Numbered from the stretch's first letter, positions 30,262 to 42,011 are shown. The stretch is DNA of 64,000 bases from an uncultured Ectothiorhodospiraceae bacterium (GCA_964620825.1 CAZUKD010000002.1:233-64232), one strand, 5' to 3'. Program-made: numbers and translations. Notes: generated from the sequence alone by a model not told the origin.

Positions 30262-31136
30262 AGAGAGACTTTAGCAAACCTGGGTGACGCAGGGGGCGCT
30301 CGCCCCAGGCTGACCCGGGCGCGAGATTCCAGATCCCGATAGGTGGCGATAGCCTGAAAACCAGCCTCAGAGAGGAGGTTTCTTACCTGTTCCGCTTGCT
30401 CTACCCCATGCTCCAGCAGCAGATACCCCGCAGGACGCAAATGCTCCGGCGCGCAAGTGATAATATGGCGCAGGCAGGCCAGGCCGTCCATGCCGGAGAC
30501 CAGCGCCAGGCGGGGTTCATGCGGCAGATCACCCTGCATCAGGTGAGCGTCGTCTTCGGCGATATAAGGAGGATTGGAGACCATGAGATCAAAGCGCTCC
30601 ATTGCCAGGGCTTGACACCAGTCGCCCTGCCGGAAACGGATGTTGTGCAATCCTAACCGTTTGGCATTGTGGCGAGCAATGATCAGCGCGGCCGGGGAGC
30701 AATCGGTGGCGAGGAGGCGGGCTCCTGGCCGCTCGTGTGCCAGGGCGAGCGCAATCGCTCCGCTGCCAGTGCCGAGATCGGCGATGTCTGCCGGGACGGA
30801 GGAAGGGAGTAGACGTAACGCCTGTTCAACCAGAGTCTCGGTATCCGGACGGGGAATGAGTACGGCCGGACTGACTTCCAGTTCGAGCGCCCAGAATTCA
30901 CGCAATCCCAGCAGATAGGCCAGTGGTTCCCCCGCCAGCCTGCGCTTTAGCAGGGTATCAAAGGCCTGGATTTGGGTGGCAGACAGATTTTTCTCCGGCC
31001 AGGCGTAGAGGTGGGCACGGGTAGTATTGAGGACGCACGCCAGCAGAACCCCGGCCTCCAGCTCCGTAGCCGCAGTGATTCGGCCAAGGCGGTCACGTGC
31101 CTGTCGCAGAGTAGGGCCGATGCTAGGCGGATTCAT
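30258..31136 (-). CDS. prmC: Release factor glutamine methyltransferase
   Basis: LIPRPDTE, DLGTGSGAI, SNPPY. Confidence 0.96.
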   Translation of the reverse strand: MNPPSIGPTLRQARDRLGRITAATELEAGVLLACVLNTTRAHLYAWPEKNLSATQIQAFDTLLKRRLAGEPLAYLLGLREFWALELEVSPAVLIPRPDTETLVEQALRLLPSSVPADIADLGTGSGAIALALAHERPGARLLATDCSPAALIIARHNAKRLGLHNIRFRQGDWCQALAMERFDLMVSNPPYIAEDDAHLMQGDLPHEPRLALVSGMDGLACLRHIITCAPEHLRPAGYLLLEHGVEQAEQVRNLLSEAGFQAIATYRDLESRARVSLGRAPPASPRFAKVSL

Positions 31137-31146
31137 GCCGTTCGGA

Positions 31147-32232
31147 TCAATTGAGACCGAGTACCGCCAGCTGGTCGGCTTGATGCTCGCTTAACAGGGC
31201 ATCAATCAATTCGTCGAGCTGTCCGGCTAGAATCTCATCAAGTTTGTAAAGCGTCAGGTTGATACGATGATCCGTGACCCGTCCTTGGGGGAAATTGTAG
31301 GTGCGGATGCGTTCCGAGCGGTCACCGCTGCCGACCAGGCTCTTGCGGGCGGCGGCCTGTTCGGTGGCTTGTCGATTGCGTTCCCGTTCCAGTAGCCGCG
31401 AGGCCAGTAGACTCATGGCGCGGGCACGATTTTTATGCTGCGAGCGCTCATCCTGGCATTCAACCACGATGCCGGTGGGCAGATGGGTGACACGAATCGC
31501 GGAATCGGTCTTGTTGACGTGTTGGCCACCGGCGCCGGAGGCGCGAAACGTGTCGATGCGCAGTTCGGTGGGATCAATTTTTGGAGCTTCGATATCTTTT
31601 GCTTCCGGCATGATCGCGATAGTGGCGGCAGAGGTATGGATGCGGCTCTGTGATTCGGTGGTCGGTACACGCTGGACACGGTGCGCCCCGGACTCGAATT
31701 TAAGGCGAGAATAGACACCCCGGCCCATGATGCGGGTGATGATTTCCCGGTAGCCGCCCTGCTCCCCCTCATTGACACTTAAGACTTCCATAGCCCAACC
31801 GCGCTGTTCGGCATAGCGGGCATACATGCGAAACAGATCACCGGCAAACCGGGCGGCCTCATCACCACCGGTGCCGGCGCGGATTTCCAGAAAGCAGTTA
31901 CGGGTGTCGTTGGGATCAACGGGAACGAGGTGGCGTTTGAGTGTGACTTCGAGTATTGCCAGACGTCGTTCACTCTCCTGGGTTTCCGCGTATGCCAGCT
32001 CACGCAGTTCCGGATCAGTTTCCAGCAGCAGGGATTGCACCGATTGTAGTTCCGAAAGCGTATCCTGGTAACGGGTGAAGTCGGCCACCAACGGTTCCAA
32101 CTGGGCGTATTCGATTGACAGCTTGCGAAACCGCTCTGGATTGGCGAGCGTTTCCGGATCGGCCAACAGGGCAGCGATTTCGCTGTGCCGTTCCATCAGT
32201 ACTTGCAATTTCTGCTCGATTGACGGGATCAT
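31147..32232 (-). CDS. prfA: Peptide chain release factor 1
   Basis: [10 protein letters not shown] (PxT), [15 protein letters not shown]. Confidence 0.98.
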   Translation of the reverse strand: MIPSIEQKLQVLMERHSEIAALLADPETLANPERFRKLSIEYAQLEPLVADFTRYQDTLSELQSVQSLLLETDPELRELAYAETQESERRLAILEVTLKRHLVPVDPNDTRNCFLEIRAGTGGDEAARFAGDLFRMYARYAEQRGWAMEVLSVNEGEQGGYREIITRIMGRGVYSRLKFESGAHRVQRVPTTESQSRIHTSAATIAIMPEAKDIEAPKIDPTELRIDTFRASGAGGQHVNKTDSAIRVTHLPTGIVVECQDERSQHKNRARAMSLLASRLLERERNRQATEQAAARKSLVGSGDRSERIRTYNFPQGRVTDHRINLTLYKLDEILAGQLDELIDALLSEHQADQLAVLGLN

Positions 32233-33506
32233 AGTTTACTCCTGCCGGGATCACGGGGTAGATGAAGCAGCTCATAGGCGGCGTCGATTACTTCCCGGTG
32301 GCTATCGCGGGCGGCGTGATCCAGTGCGGTGGTGGGCTCATGAATGAGTTTGTTGGTTAAAGTTTCGGCCAGATATTCCAGGACCGCTTCCGGCGGCTGT
32401 CCCTGGGCAATGCGGTGTTTGGCCTTGCGTAGGACGGAGTCACGTGTGCGTTCGGAGCGTTCGCGGTAGATGCGGATTAAGTCGACCACCGTCTGTGCAC
32501 GCAGCCAGCCCATGTAATGTTCGGTCTGCGCGGCAATGATCTCTTCGGCCTGAATCGCGGCCTCCTGGCGGGATGCAATGTTCTCGGCAACGACTTTCTC
32601 CAGATCATCGACAGTGTACAGATAAATATCGTTGAGTTCGGCTACTTCCGCCTCGATGTCGCGGGGAACGGCCAGATCCACCATGAACATTGGCCGATGA
32701 CGGCGTTGGCGTAGCGCCCTTTCGACTGTACCTTTGCCGAGAATAGGCAGGGGACTGGCCGTGGAGGTGATCACGATATCGACTTCAGGCAGCACCTGGG
32801 GAATATCAGCCAGGCCGATGGCGACAGCACCAATTTTAGCCGCCAGTAGAGCGGCGCGCTCCGGGGTACGGTTGGCGACTATCGCGCTTTTCAGACCGTT
32901 GCCGAGCAAATGCCGGGCTGCCAGTTCGATCGTTTCTCCGGCACCGATCAGTAGCGCCCTTTGCTGGGTGAGATCAGCAAAGATCTGGCGTGCCAGGCTA
33001 ACGGCGGCGAAAGCCATGGAAACCGGGCTGGCACCAATTTCAGTGTCTGTGCGCACATGCTTGGCGACTGCGAAGGCATGTTGAAACAGGCGCCGCAGAT
33101 GCTTGCCCAGCGTGCCCGATTCATTTGCTACCCGATAGGCGGACTTGATCTGGCCAAGGATTTGAGGTTCCCCGATGATCATGGAATCGAGGCCGCTGGC
33201 GACCCGAATAGCATGTCTGACGGCTTCCGAATCACTATGTCGGTACAGGAATGGACGTAGATTATCACCACCGAAGTGATGATAATCACCCATCCACTTA
33301 ATTACATGTTCAATGCTTTCCGGAGATTGTAGATTGCAGTAGAGTTCAGTGCGATTGCAGGTTGACAGGATGGCAGCTTCGCGGGTTCCTGGTATGTGGA
33401 TCAGATCATGCAGGGCGTTACCCAGCTGATCGGGGCCGAAGATGACTTTCTCACGCACCTCGACGGGGGCAGTTTTGTGGTTGATCCCGATGGTAACCAG
33501 GGGCAT
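32229..33506 (-). CDS. hemA: Glutamyl-tRNA reductase
   Basis: [40 protein letters not shown]. Confidence 0.98.
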   Translation of the reverse strand: MPLVTIGINHKTAPVEVREKVIFGPDQLGNALHDLIHIPGTREAAILSTCNRTELYCNLQSPESIEHVIKWMGDYHHFGGDNLRPFLYRHSDSEAVRHAIRVASGLDSMIIGEPQILGQIKSAYRVANESGTLGKHLRRLFQHAFAVAKHVRTDTEIGASPVSMAFAAVSLARQIFADLTQQRALLIGAGETIELAARHLLGNGLKSAIVANRTPERAALLAAKIGAVAIGLADIPQVLPEVDIVITSTASPLPILGKGTVERALRQRRHRPMFMVDLAVPRDIEAEVAELNDIYLYTVDDLEKVVAENIASRQEAAIQAEEIIAAQTEHYMGWLRAQTVVDLIRIYRERSERTRDSVLRKAKHRIAQGQPPEAVLEYLAETLTNKLIHEPTTALDHAARDSHREVIDAAYELLHLPRDPGRSKL

Positions 33507-33536
33507 AGCTAAAATTAGCTCGTTTCAGCGGATTGA

Positions 33537-33550
33537 TTGATATTTATCGA
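33537..33550. promoter_or_regulatory. FNR/ANR-like box upstream of hemA
   Basis: TTGAT-ATTT-ATCGA, one mismatch to consensus. Confidence 0.5.
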
Positions 33551-33860
33551 GGTGAGCCCTGACGTCGTTACGCGGTGTTCGCTTCCTCGCTTATGAGTCG
33601 TTATATTTTGGTCGTTGATATTCAACCCTCCCCTTTATCTTTATCCTGCCGATTATGAAATTTTGCGTGAAGAAAGCCTCGTTTACAAGCATAGCGGATA
33701 GATTGCGCCGATTCGGCCACTCGCTGGCAGCGAAATGTGTTCCGAAACGGTATTCTATGCCAATCCGGTAATCAGGATGGAGTGAATGGCGGCAATGGGT
33801 AGCGGATCTTGGCATCCACATGAAAACAAACGATTCGAGGTGCAGGAGAAGGGCGAGCCG

Positions 33861-35648
33861 ATGGCGAAAACTAGGTCTGTAAGGCAGCCTAAGGGCTGGG
33901 ATCGCAGGGATTGGGCGCTGCGCATGATCCGTTTGTTCGTCAGCGGGGCCGCAGTGATGAGTCTGAGTGCTTGCGCGCTACAGAGTGCTTCCCATTCGGG
34001 AATGAAATCTCTGACCACGGAATCTTCCCGGCCTAAGAGCCACAAGATTGAGCTCACTCCCTCCAGTCGGGTGCTCTATGCGGTGCTGGTGGGCCGTCTG
34101 GCCGTACAGCGGGGAGATTACCCGCTGGCTCTGCGCGAGTACCGGCAGGCACTGGCCCTTGCGCCAAGTCCGCAACTGGCGCAGAGCGTGATCGAGGCGG
34201 CCAGTTTTCTGCATGATGACAAGGCCATGCTGATGGCTGCCCGCCGCTGGGAGCGGCTGCAACCGGACGATCCCGATGCCCGGCGGGCGATGGCCGTAAT
34301 TGCAGCCAGAATGGGCAGAGTCACCCCCGCAGTGCGCGGCTTTGCCGCTTTCGTTCGTTTGCATGGCAAGAATCAGGGGCGCGCGCTTCTGCGCGTGGCG
34401 GAATTGCTGAAGCAGGATGTCCGGCCGGTCATTGCGCTCGGTATCCTGCAGAAGGTGGTCAGAGAGTTCTCGCAGCAGCCCGTGGGCGACTTTGCCGTGG
34501 GTATCCTCGCTTTACAATTCAAGCATTATGCGCAGGCGCTTCATTGGAGTCAGCAAACCTTGGCGCGTGACCCCGGCTTCCGGCGTGCCTATATTCTTGA
34601 AGCTGAAGCCCGGGCGGGTCTGCAGGATACGGTTGCCGCCCTGAAAACGCTGCGCCAGGCCCTGGTGAGATTCCCGGATGACCCCGATCTACAACTCGCT
34701 TATGGCCAGATGCTGTTGCAGACGCGGGATTATAATGCTGCACGACACGAATTCCGCCGCCTCGCACGGCGTTTCCCGAATAATGCCAATGTACTGTACA
34801 CTTTGGCTCGGGTCGATTTTGAACTGGATCAGGATATTGCTGCACGCCAGTATTTTCTGCGGGTTCTTAAATTGGGCGCTCAACACCTCCTCGCCACGGA
34901 ATATTTTCTGGGCCGTCTGGCTGAGCGGAGCGGAGACATGCGTTCTGCCTTGCTGCATTATGCTGAGGTGACCGGTGGACGCTATGCCTTCGAGGCTCAG
35001 ATCAGAATTGCCTACATTTTAGCGGCCCAGGGCGCGCTGGGCCAGGCCCGGGATTTTCTGCAGCAATTGCGCACCAGTGTCCACGAACCGGTCCGCAAGA
35101 TAAATTTGTATCTGGTTGAAGTGCAATTACTCAATCAGGCTGATTCACCCCGGCAAGCGCTGACCTTGCTAGGTCGCGCACTCAAGCAGTTTCCGGGTAA
35201 TCCCCGGCTGCTCTATGCCCGCGGCATGTTGGAAACGGATTTAGGCCGACTGCAAGCGGCGGAAGCTGATTGGCGCACCATCATTCAGCGGAATCCGAAT
35301 AATGCCGAGGCCTTAAACGCGCTGGGTTATACTTTGGTCATTCATACTTGGCGCTATCGCGAGGCTTTGGATTACATTAAGCGCGCGCTGGCGCTACGCC
35401 CGGATGATCCGGCTATTCTGGACAGTATGGGTTGGGTGCAGTATCGCCTTGGGCGCTATGCCCGGGCCGTGCAGTCTCTGCAAAAATCCTATCACCAGCT
35501 CAAGAATCCGGAGGTGGCTGCACATCTGGTGCAGGCACTCTATGCGAATGGACAGCGAGCGGCTGCCAGAGCACTGCTGGATTCCGCGTTGCACATCAAT
35601 CCGGATAACGTGACCCTGCAAAATCTCAGGAAGCACCTGTTTCCATGA
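33861..35648 (+). CDS. TPR-repeat (lipo)protein
   Basis: LSAC lipobox, TPR repeats, ALNALGY, ILDSMGW; usual position between hemA and lolB; start uncertain. Confidence 0.85.
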   Translation: MAKTRSVRQPKGWDRRDWALRMIRLFVSGAAVMSLSACALQSASHSGMKSLTTESSRPKSHKIELTPSSRVLYAVLVGRLAVQRGDYPLALREYRQALALAPSPQLAQSVIEAASFLHDDKAMLMAARRWERLQPDDPDARRAMAVIAARMGRVTPAVRGFAAFVRLHGKNQGRALLRVAELLKQDVRPVIALGILQKVVREFSQQPVGDFAVGILALQFKHYAQALHWSQQTLARDPGFRRAYILEAEARAGLQDTVAALKTLRQALVRFPDDPDLQLAYGQMLLQTRDYNAARHEFRRLARRFPNNANVLYTLARVDFELDQDIAARQYFLRVLKLGAQHLLATEYFLGRLAERSGDMRSALLHYAEVTGGRYAFEAQIRIAYILAAQGALGQARDFLQQLRTSVHEPVRKINLYLVEVQLLNQADSPRQALTLLGRALKQFPGNPRLLYARGMLETDLGRLQAAEADWRTIIQRNPNNAEALNALGYTLVIHTWRYREALDYIKRALALRPDDPAILDSMGWVQYRLGRYARAVQSLQKSYHQLKNPEVAAHLVQALYANGQRAAARALLDSALHINPDNVTLQNLRKHLFP

Positions 35649-36244
35649 AGATCTGGCGCTATTTGCTCGCAATCGGGGTGATGCTGAGTCTGTCTGGTTG
35701 TGCCAACCTATTTTATCCCACCTCTGCAGGAGAAGGTTCTCGTGTGGCCCATGCGCGCTGGGTTGAGGCGCATCCTGATTGGGCATTCTGGGGCCAGTTT
35801 GCGCTGGATATCGACCGGCATGGCTGGACGGCTGCCATTTTCTGGCGGGAGCGGGGATTGGATTATCATATCGATATCAGTGGTCCATTCGGTCGGACAC
35901 TGGCGCAATTGCAGGGAACGTCAACCCAAGTGATTCTGCGGGCTCGCAACAAGCCACCGCACACCGCCATTTCAGCGCAGGACTTGATGCACTCGGAACT
36001 GGGCTGGAGTTTGCCAGTGGCAGGTATGCGTTACTGGGTGCGGGGAATTCCTGCACCGGCATCCGTGATTAAAAAAATTCGTTATGATAATCAGGGTAGA
36101 GTGGCGCTGCTCCAGCAGGCGGGTTGGCACATTGATTATCTGGCTTACCATACCCTGGGTATCCAGTCCCGGCCAAAAAGAATCCGCATGGTGCATGGTA
36201 ACGTGCGATTGATCCTGGTAATCGACAGATGGCAAAACAGTTGA
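35645..36244 (+). CDS. lolB: Outer-membrane lipoprotein LolB
   Basis: LSGC lipobox, GPFG, LGWSLPV, WVRGIP, QAGWHIDY. Confidence 0.9.
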   Translation: MKIWRYLLAIGVMLSLSGCANLFYPTSAGEGSRVAHARWVEAHPDWAFWGQFALDIDRHGWTAAIFWRERGLDYHIDISGPFGRTLAQLQGTSTQVILRARNKPPHTAISAQDLMHSELGWSLPVAGMRYWVRGIPAPASVIKKIRYDNQGRVALLQQAGWHIDYLAYHTLGIQSRPKRIRMVHGNVRLILVIDRWQNS

Positions 36245-37101
36245 TAGATGAAGGCACCGATTGGCCGGCGCCGGGTAAACTCAATCTCTTTTTACATATT
36301 ACCGGGCGGCGCGCAGACGGGTATCATCTTTTGCAAACCGTGTTTCAGTTTCTGGATTTCGGCGATACGCTCCAATTTAAATCCTTGCCCCGGGGTGTCA
36401 TCCACCGCTCCAGCGGGCCAGAGGGAGTGGCCGAGGCCGAGGATTTGTGTATCCGGGCTGCGTTGCACCTGCAACGGGTAGCCGGATTGGCGCGTGAAGG
36501 TGTTCACATCGATCTGCAGAAGCGGTTGCCTATGGGTGGCGGTTTGGGGGGTGGGAGCTCAGATGCGGCGACTACCCTGGTAGCGCTCAATATATTATGG
36601 GGTACAGGTTTGAGCACGGATGATCTGGCGGAGATCGCGCTCGATCTGGGTGCTGATGTGCCGGTATTCGTGTATGGTCAGGCGGCCTGGGCGGAAGGTA
36701 TCGGGGAGCGGCTGGAAGTACTGGATGACCTTCCAGAGCCTTGGTATGTGGTGATTCATCCACGCACTCATGTGATGACGGCCAAATTATTTGCTGATCC
36801 GAAATTGACACGCGATTGTTCACCGATCAAGATACCCGAATTCCTTGCCGGACGCGGAGGTAATGTATTCGAGCCATTGGTTCGTGAGTATTATCTGGAA
36901 ATTGATAAAGCATTTGATTTCCTTGACGTATTTTCAAAACCAAGGCTAACGGGTACAGGAGCATGCTTGTTCTCGGCGTTTGCCGATAAGGCGCAGGCTG
37001 AGAGCGTTGTTGCGCGTGCAGCGGGAAAATGGACAGTTTTTCTGGCCAAAGGGTGTAATCGCTCACCCTTGCGGGATCGGTTACTTATTAACGGAGAGTA
37101 A
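36229..37101 (+). CDS. ispE: CDP-ME kinase
   Basis: PAPGKLNLFL, DGYHLL, PMGGGLGGGSSDAA, LGADVP. Confidence 0.97.
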   Translation: MAKQLIDEGTDWPAPGKLNLFLHITGRRADGYHLLQTVFQFLDFGDTLQFKSLPRGVIHRSSGPEGVAEAEDLCIRAALHLQRVAGLAREGVHIDLQKRLPMGGGLGGGSSDAATTLVALNILWGTGLSTDDLAEIALDLGADVPVFVYGQAAWAEGIGERLEVLDDLPEPWYVVIHPRTHVMTAKLFADPKLTRDCSPIKIPEFLAGRGGNVFEPLVREYYLEIDKAFDFLDVFSKPRLTGTGACLFSAFADKAQAESVVARAAGKWTVFLAKGCNRSPLRDRLLINGE

Positions 37102-37188
37102 CGTGGACTCTGTAGGGGTGAGGCACCAGAGGGTGCCGAATCCCTGGCAGCGGCGTAGCGCGGTTGGGGTGAGAGGAGTTGAGAGTTT

Positions 37189-37263
37189 TGGGCCGTAGCC
37201 AAGTGGTAAGGCAACGGGTTTTGATCCCGTCATTCCCAGGTTCGAATCCTGGCGGCCCAGCCA
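37189..37263 (+). tRNA. tRNA-Gln(TTG)
   Basis: TGGGCCGTAGCCAAGTGGTAAGGCAACGGGTTTTGATCCCGTCATTCCCAGGTTCGAATCCTGGCGGCCCAGCCA. Confidence 0.97.
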
Positions 37264-37321
37264 ATTTGTTTGCTGGGCGTAATTGCGGATTGTGTTTTCT
37301 AATTGATGCGGTAAGGACGAA

Positions 37322-38278
37322 ATGGCACAAGATAGTCGACTAATGCTCTTTACCGGGAATGCCAATCCCGCGCTCGCCGGGAACATCAGCCGGCATCTGA
37401 ATGTGCCTCTGGGTAAGGCGCTGGTAGGGCGTTTCAGCGATGGTGAGGTGCAGATCGAGATTCTGGAAAATGTTCGCGGTAAGGATGTTTTCGTTATCCA
37501 GCCAACCTGTCGCCCAACCAATGACAATCTGATGGAATTATGTATCATGTGTGACGCATTGATGCGCGCCTCTGCCGGGCGTATCACTACGGTGATTCCT
37601 TATCTGGGGTATGCCCGCCAGGATCGGCGCGTGCGCTCGGCAAGAGTTCCCATTGCCGCAAAAGTTGTGGCCAATATGCTCGCCGTGGCCGGGGCCGACA
37701 GAATTCTCACGATTGATCTGCATTCCGATCAGGTCCAGGGTTTTTTTGATGTACCCGTAGACAATATTTATACTTCACCGATTTTGTTGGGGGATATCTG
37801 GCGGCAGAAATATGACGATCTGATCGTGGTTTCCCCCGATGTGGGCGGCGTGGTACGGGCCCGGGCTTTGGCCAAACAATTAGATAACGCGGAGCTGGCT
37901 ATCATCGACAAGCGTCGACCCTACGCCAACCAGTCGCAGGTCATGCATATCATCGGTGAAGTGGAGGGCAAGACTTGCCTCATCGTGGATGATATGGTCG
38001 ATACCGCCGGCACCCTGTGCAAGGCCGCCGATGCACTCAAGGCAAACGGCGCACTGCGAGTGGTGGCCTATGCCACGCATCCGGTTCTGTCCGGTGCGGC
38101 GGTTGAAAATGTTAAGCAATCCTCGCTTGATGAACTGGCAGTAACCGACACGATTCCCTTAACGGAGCAGGCCAAGGCAAGCGGAAAAATACGCCAGTTA
38201 TCGGTTGCCGGGATTCTGGCCGAAACGATTTATCGCATCAATCGGGAGGAATCGGTTAGCACCCTGTTTATGGATTAG
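37322..38278 (+). CDS. prs: Ribose-phosphate pyrophosphokinase
   Basis: [31 protein letters not shown]. Confidence 0.98.
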   Translation: MAQDSRLMLFTGNANPALAGNISRHLNVPLGKALVGRFSDGEVQIEILENVRGKDVFVIQPTCRPTNDNLMELCIMCDALMRASAGRITTVIPYLGYARQDRRVRSARVPIAAKVVANMLAVAGADRILTIDLHSDQVQGFFDVPVDNIYTSPILLGDIWRQKYDDLIVVSPDVGGVVRARALAKQLDNAELAIIDKRRPYANQSQVMHIIGEVEGKTCLIVDDMVDTAGTLCKAADALKANGALRVVAYATHPVLSGAAVENVKQSSLDELAVTDTIPLTEQAKASGKIRQLSVAGILAETIYRINREESVSTLFMD

Positions 38279-38325
38279 GGGTTCTGAACAGAATCACGGG
38301 GCTGGCGTGTCTGCGCGAGCCATAG

Positions 38326-38352
38326 GGGCGTCTCTGGTCGCGGGGATGTCGA
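38326..38352 (+). promoter_or_regulatory. Possible L25 (rplY) leader hairpin
   Basis: GGCGTCTCT-GGTCGC-GGGGATGTC hairpin in the rplY 5' region; family assignment from memory only. Confidence 0.3.
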
Positions 38353-38396
38353 AACCGCGTAAGCGGATATTGTTCAATAGCATGGAGTAAATTTCA

Positions 38397-39050
38397 ATGA
38401 ACCAGAGTTTTGAATTGATTGCCGAACGGCGCGACGGCCAGGGGAAGGGTGCGAGCCGCCGCCTGCGTCGCGAGGGCAAAGTGCCAGGCATTATTTATGG
38501 TGGCGACAAACCACCGATACCCATTAGCTTCGAAGCACGTATACTTAATAAGCAATTGGAAAATGAGGCTTTTTTTGCCCATATCCTGAAAGTGAGAATT
38601 GCGGGCGAAGATCAAGAGGAACAGGTGGTACTGCGTGATTTGCAACGACACCCCTATCGGGCAATAGTCTTGCATTTCGATTTGCAACGTATCGTTGCCA
38701 ACGAAGTCCTCGATATGACCATATCTCTGCACTTTCTGAATGAGGAAACTGCGCCAGGAGTCAAGGCTGGCGGCATGGTAATCCGTCATCTCACGGATAT
38801 CGTGATTCGCTGTTTACCCAAGGACTTGCCGGAAGCGATCAGTATTGATCTGGGTCAGATGCAGATCGGAGATACAATTCATTTGTCCGGCCTGAAGATG
38901 CCGGGGGGCGTGGAATTAATAGATTTCGATCCGGAAGACGAAGAATCGGATCAGCCGGTGGTCAGTATTATCGAGCAGCATGGACATGTGAATGAGGAAG
39001 CTGCAGGTGAAGGTGAATCAGAAGGTGCCGATGGGGAAGGAGCGGAGTAA
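38397..39050 (+). CDS. rplY: 50S ribosomal protein L25/Ctc
   Basis: GKGASRRLRR, PGIIYGG, QRHP, HFDL, PGVKAGG. Confidence 0.96.
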   Translation: MNQSFELIAERRDGQGKGASRRLRREGKVPGIIYGGDKPPIPISFEARILNKQLENEAFFAHILKVRIAGEDQEEQVVLRDLQRHPYRAIVLHFDLQRIVANEVLDMTISLHFLNEETAPGVKAGGMVIRHLTDIVIRCLPKDLPEAISIDLGQMQIGDTIHLSGLKMPGGVELIDFDPEDEESDQPVVSIIEQHGHVNEEAAGEGESEGADGEGAE

Positions 39051-39068
39051 TCTGTGGGTTGAGCCAGA

Positions 39069-39641
39069 GTGAAGCCTCTGCGGTTGATCGCCGGGTTGGG
39101 CAATCCTGGGGTCAAATACACCAGAACCCGGCACAATGCCGGGTTCTGGTTTGTGGATGAGATAGCAAAACGTCATGGGGGGCAATGGCGGTCTGAGCGG
39201 CGCTTCCATGGAGAGATCGCACGGATTACGATCGCCAGGCAGGATGTTTGGCTGATCAAGTCCGCCGCTTTCATGAACCAAAGTGGGTGTGCAGTGGCTG
39301 CGGTTTGTGGATTCTATCGCTATGCGCCAGCGGAAATCCTGGTAGCACACGATGAAATCGATTTGCCGCCGGGCGCTATTCGCTTCAAGTTTGCTGGTGG
39401 CCATGGTGGACACAATGGTTTGCGCGATATTTTCGCCCCTCTCGGGCGGGAATTCTGGCGGGTGCGTATCGGGGTTGGCCATCCGGGCCATCGGGATGCA
39501 GTCATCCAGTATGTATTGGCGCCCCCATCGTGCGTGGAGATGGTGGAGATCGAACATGCGATAGATGCTGCTCTGGAGCAGTTGCCGAAGCTGGTTTCCG
39601 GGGATAGCGAACACGCTATGCAGGCATTACATACGAGGTAA
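39069..39641 (+). CDS. pth: Peptidyl-tRNA hydrolase
   Basis: GLGNPG, TRHNAGF, HDEID, GGHGGHNGL. Confidence 0.96.
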   Translation: MKPLRLIAGLGNPGVKYTRTRHNAGFWFVDEIAKRHGGQWRSERRFHGEIARITIARQDVWLIKSAAFMNQSGCAVAAVCGFYRYAPAEILVAHDEIDLPPGAIRFKFAGGHGGHNGLRDIFAPLGREFWRVRIGVGHPGHRDAVIQYVLAPPSCVEMVEIEHAIDAALEQLPKLVSGDSEHAMQALHTR

Positions 39642-39644
39642 ATC

Positions 39645-40736
39645 ATGGGTTTTAAGTGTGGTATCGTGGGTTTGCCCAATGTTGGGAAATCCACCCTGTT
39701 CAATGCCTTGACCAAGGCTGGAATTCAAGCCGAGAACTATCCTTTCTGCACCATCGCCCCGAATGTGGGTGTGGTGCCGGTTCCGGATCTCCGACTCGAC
39801 GCTCTTGCCCTGATCGTCAAACCCGAGCGCGTGTTGCCGACCAGTATGGAATTTGTGGATATTGCCGGGCTGGTGGCTGGCGCCTCCAAAGGGGAAGGGT
39901 TGGGTAACCAGTTTCTGGCCCATATTCGCGAAGCCGAAGCTATCGCACATGTGGTGCGCTGTTTCGAGGATGATAACGTCATTCATGTCGCAGGACAGGT
40001 GGATCCGCTGGCTGATATCGAGATCATTCATACTGAGTTGATTCTAGCCGACATGGACACCGTGGACCGGGCCATCAAGCGGGTATCCCGGGCAACCAAG
40101 TCGGGGGACAAGACAGCGTGTACCCAGCTTGAATTACTGGAGCGGCTGCAACAGCATCTAAATGATGGGCAACCTGCACGGGTATTGCCGCTGGATGATG
40201 CGTTGCGTTCTTTGCTGCACGAATTTCATTTGCTCACGATCAAGCCAACGCTGTATGTCGCCAACGTGCGTGAGGATGGTTTCGATCATAACCCGCATCT
40301 CAATGCGGTACGGGAGCAGGCTGTTCGCGAAGGGGCTGAGGTGGTGGCGGTGTGTGCGGCTATCGAGGCGGAGATCGCTCAGCTTGAAGCGGATGATCGA
40401 GTAGAATTTTTAGCCGAGATGGGGCTGGCTGAACCGGGGCTGGATCGCGTCATCCGCGCGGGTTACCAGTTGCTCGGATTGCAAACATTCTTTACCGCCG
40501 GAGTCAAGGAAGTGCGCGCCTGGACGGTGTATCAAGGCGCGACTGCTCCCGAAGGTGCGGGTTGTATCCACAGCGATTTTCAGAAGGGTTTCATCCGAGC
40601 TGAAGTAATCGCCTACGATGATTTCATCACCTGTCAGGGTGAGCAAGGCGCCAAGGATGCCGGTAAATGGCGCCTGGAGGGCAAGGATTATGTGTTGCAG
40701 GAAGGGGATGTGGTGCATTTTCGGTTTAATCTCTAA
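39645..40736 (+). CDS. ychF: Redox-regulated ATPase YchF
   Basis: [33 protein letters not shown]. Confidence 0.98.
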   Translation: MGFKCGIVGLPNVGKSTLFNALTKAGIQAENYPFCTIAPNVGVVPVPDLRLDALALIVKPERVLPTSMEFVDIAGLVAGASKGEGLGNQFLAHIREAEAIAHVVRCFEDDNVIHVAGQVDPLADIEIIHTELILADMDTVDRAIKRVSRATKSGDKTACTQLELLERLQQHLNDGQPARVLPLDDALRSLLHEFHLLTIKPTLYVANVREDGFDHNPHLNAVREQAVREGAEVVAVCAAIEAEIAQLEADDRVEFLAEMGLAEPGLDRVIRAGYQLLGLQTFFTAGVKEVRAWTVYQGATAPEGAGCIHSDFQKGFIRAEVIAYDDFITCQGEQGAKDAGKWRLEGKDYVLQEGDVVHFRFNL

Positions 40737-40769
40737 GGTAAGGAGCGTCTGTTCCGAGCGCTTTGTATC

Positions 40770-41070
40770 CATACGCACTATTGCTGATTGTGGGGCGAAC
40801 TTCATCTCGCGCTTTCCCACCATGCAACCGGCAAGATCACTTCCCCGGAAGGTCTGGAGCGGGTGCACAGTTTGGGTTCCCGCGGTGAGTCCCCCGCATC
40901 GATCCGGTGTCGATTGGCCTTGCCAGGCAGCGTTTGGGCCTGGAAGAAATAAATTATTTGTGGTGGGAGATGGAGTATACCGAGCGTAGTGGCCAATGTA
41001 ATCATGGTCGTGATCGGGTTGGCCGGCTTGTAGAACTGGATGCTCTGTTCGGGCAAGGTGTGGGTGGGAC
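40770..41070 (+). pseudogene. mutL: mutL relic (N- and C-terminal fragments joined)
   Basis: [37 protein letters not shown] resembles the MutL RHATSKI...LGFRGEAL motif; MEYTERSGQCNHGR...ELDALF resembles the MutL C-terminus; syntenic position just before miaA. Confidence 0.85.
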
Positions 41071-41072
41071 GT

Positions 41073-42011
41073 GTGAGTGAGAATTTTCCCGCTATTTTGT
41101 TGATGGGACCGACAGCTAGCGGCAAGACCGCCCTGGCCGTGGAGCTTGTGCGCCGGTTTCCGCTGGAAATCATCAGCGTCGATTCGGCCCTGGTTTATCG
41201 GGGCATGGATATCGGTACGGCGAAACCCGGGTCGGAAATTCTCCAGGTGGCGCCACATCGTCTGATCGATATACTGGATCCGGCGGAAAGTTATTCTGCG
41301 GCGCGCTTCCGGACCGATGCCCTGCGCGAAATGGTAGCTATCCGACAGCGTGGGCGGATACCCCTGTTAGTGGGTGGCACCTTGCTGTATTTCAAGGCCC
41401 TGGAACAGGGGCTTTCTCTCCTGCCGTCCGCCGATGCGAAGGTGCGCCGCCAAATCGAAGGGGATGCCCTGACGCAGGGATGGCGGGCTTTACACACTGA
41501 ACTGGCCCAAGTCGATCCAGAGGCCGCCGGACGTATCCATCCTAACGACTCCCAGCGATTGCAACGGGCCATTGAGGTCTACCGGGTGAGCGGTACGCCA
41601 ATGAGTCACTGGCTGGCTCGGCAAGCCAGCCAAAAACTGCCCTTTCGATTTCTGCGCCTGGGATTGATGCCGGGCGATCGAAGGCTTTTGTATCAACGTA
41701 TCGCCCGGCGATTTGAGAAAATGCTGGAACAGGGCTTGATAAATGAGGTGGAGGGCCTATATCAAAGGGAGGATCTCGATGTTGATCGGCCCTCCATGCG
41801 TGCCGTGGGTTATCGTCAGGTATGGCACTATTTGGATGGGGAATATGATCTTATAGCTCTGCGTAAACTGGCCATTACTGCTACCCGGCAATTGGCCAAG
41901 CGGCAGATGACCTGGATGCGTGGAGATGATCAATTGGAGGCTTTCGTCCCGGATAACGCAGGGAATCCGATGGTACTCGATCGGGTCGCCTCTTTTTTAC
42001 GGCAATTTTGA
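41073..42011 (+). CDS. miaA: tRNA dimethylallyltransferase
   Basis: [34 protein letters not shown]. Confidence 0.97.
   Translation: MSENFPAILLMGPTASGKTALAVELVRRFPLEIISVDSALVYRGMDIGTAKPGSEILQVAPHRLIDILDPAESYSAARFRTDALREMVAIRQRGRIPLLVGGTLLYFKALEQGLSLLPSADAKVRRQIEGDALTQGWRALHTELAQVDPEAAGRIHPNDSQRLQRAIEVYRVSGTPMSHWLARQASQKLPFRFLRLGLMPGDRRLLYQRIARRFEKMLEQGLINEVEGLYQREDLDVDRPSMRAVGYRQVWHYLDGEYDLIALRKLAITATRQLAKRQMTWMRGDDQLEAFVPDNAGNPMVLDRVASFLRQF

Noticed and set aside
40410-41258. 282-aa minus-strand ORF
   Set aside because: Antisense shadow of ychF, the mutL relic and miaA; no motifs.
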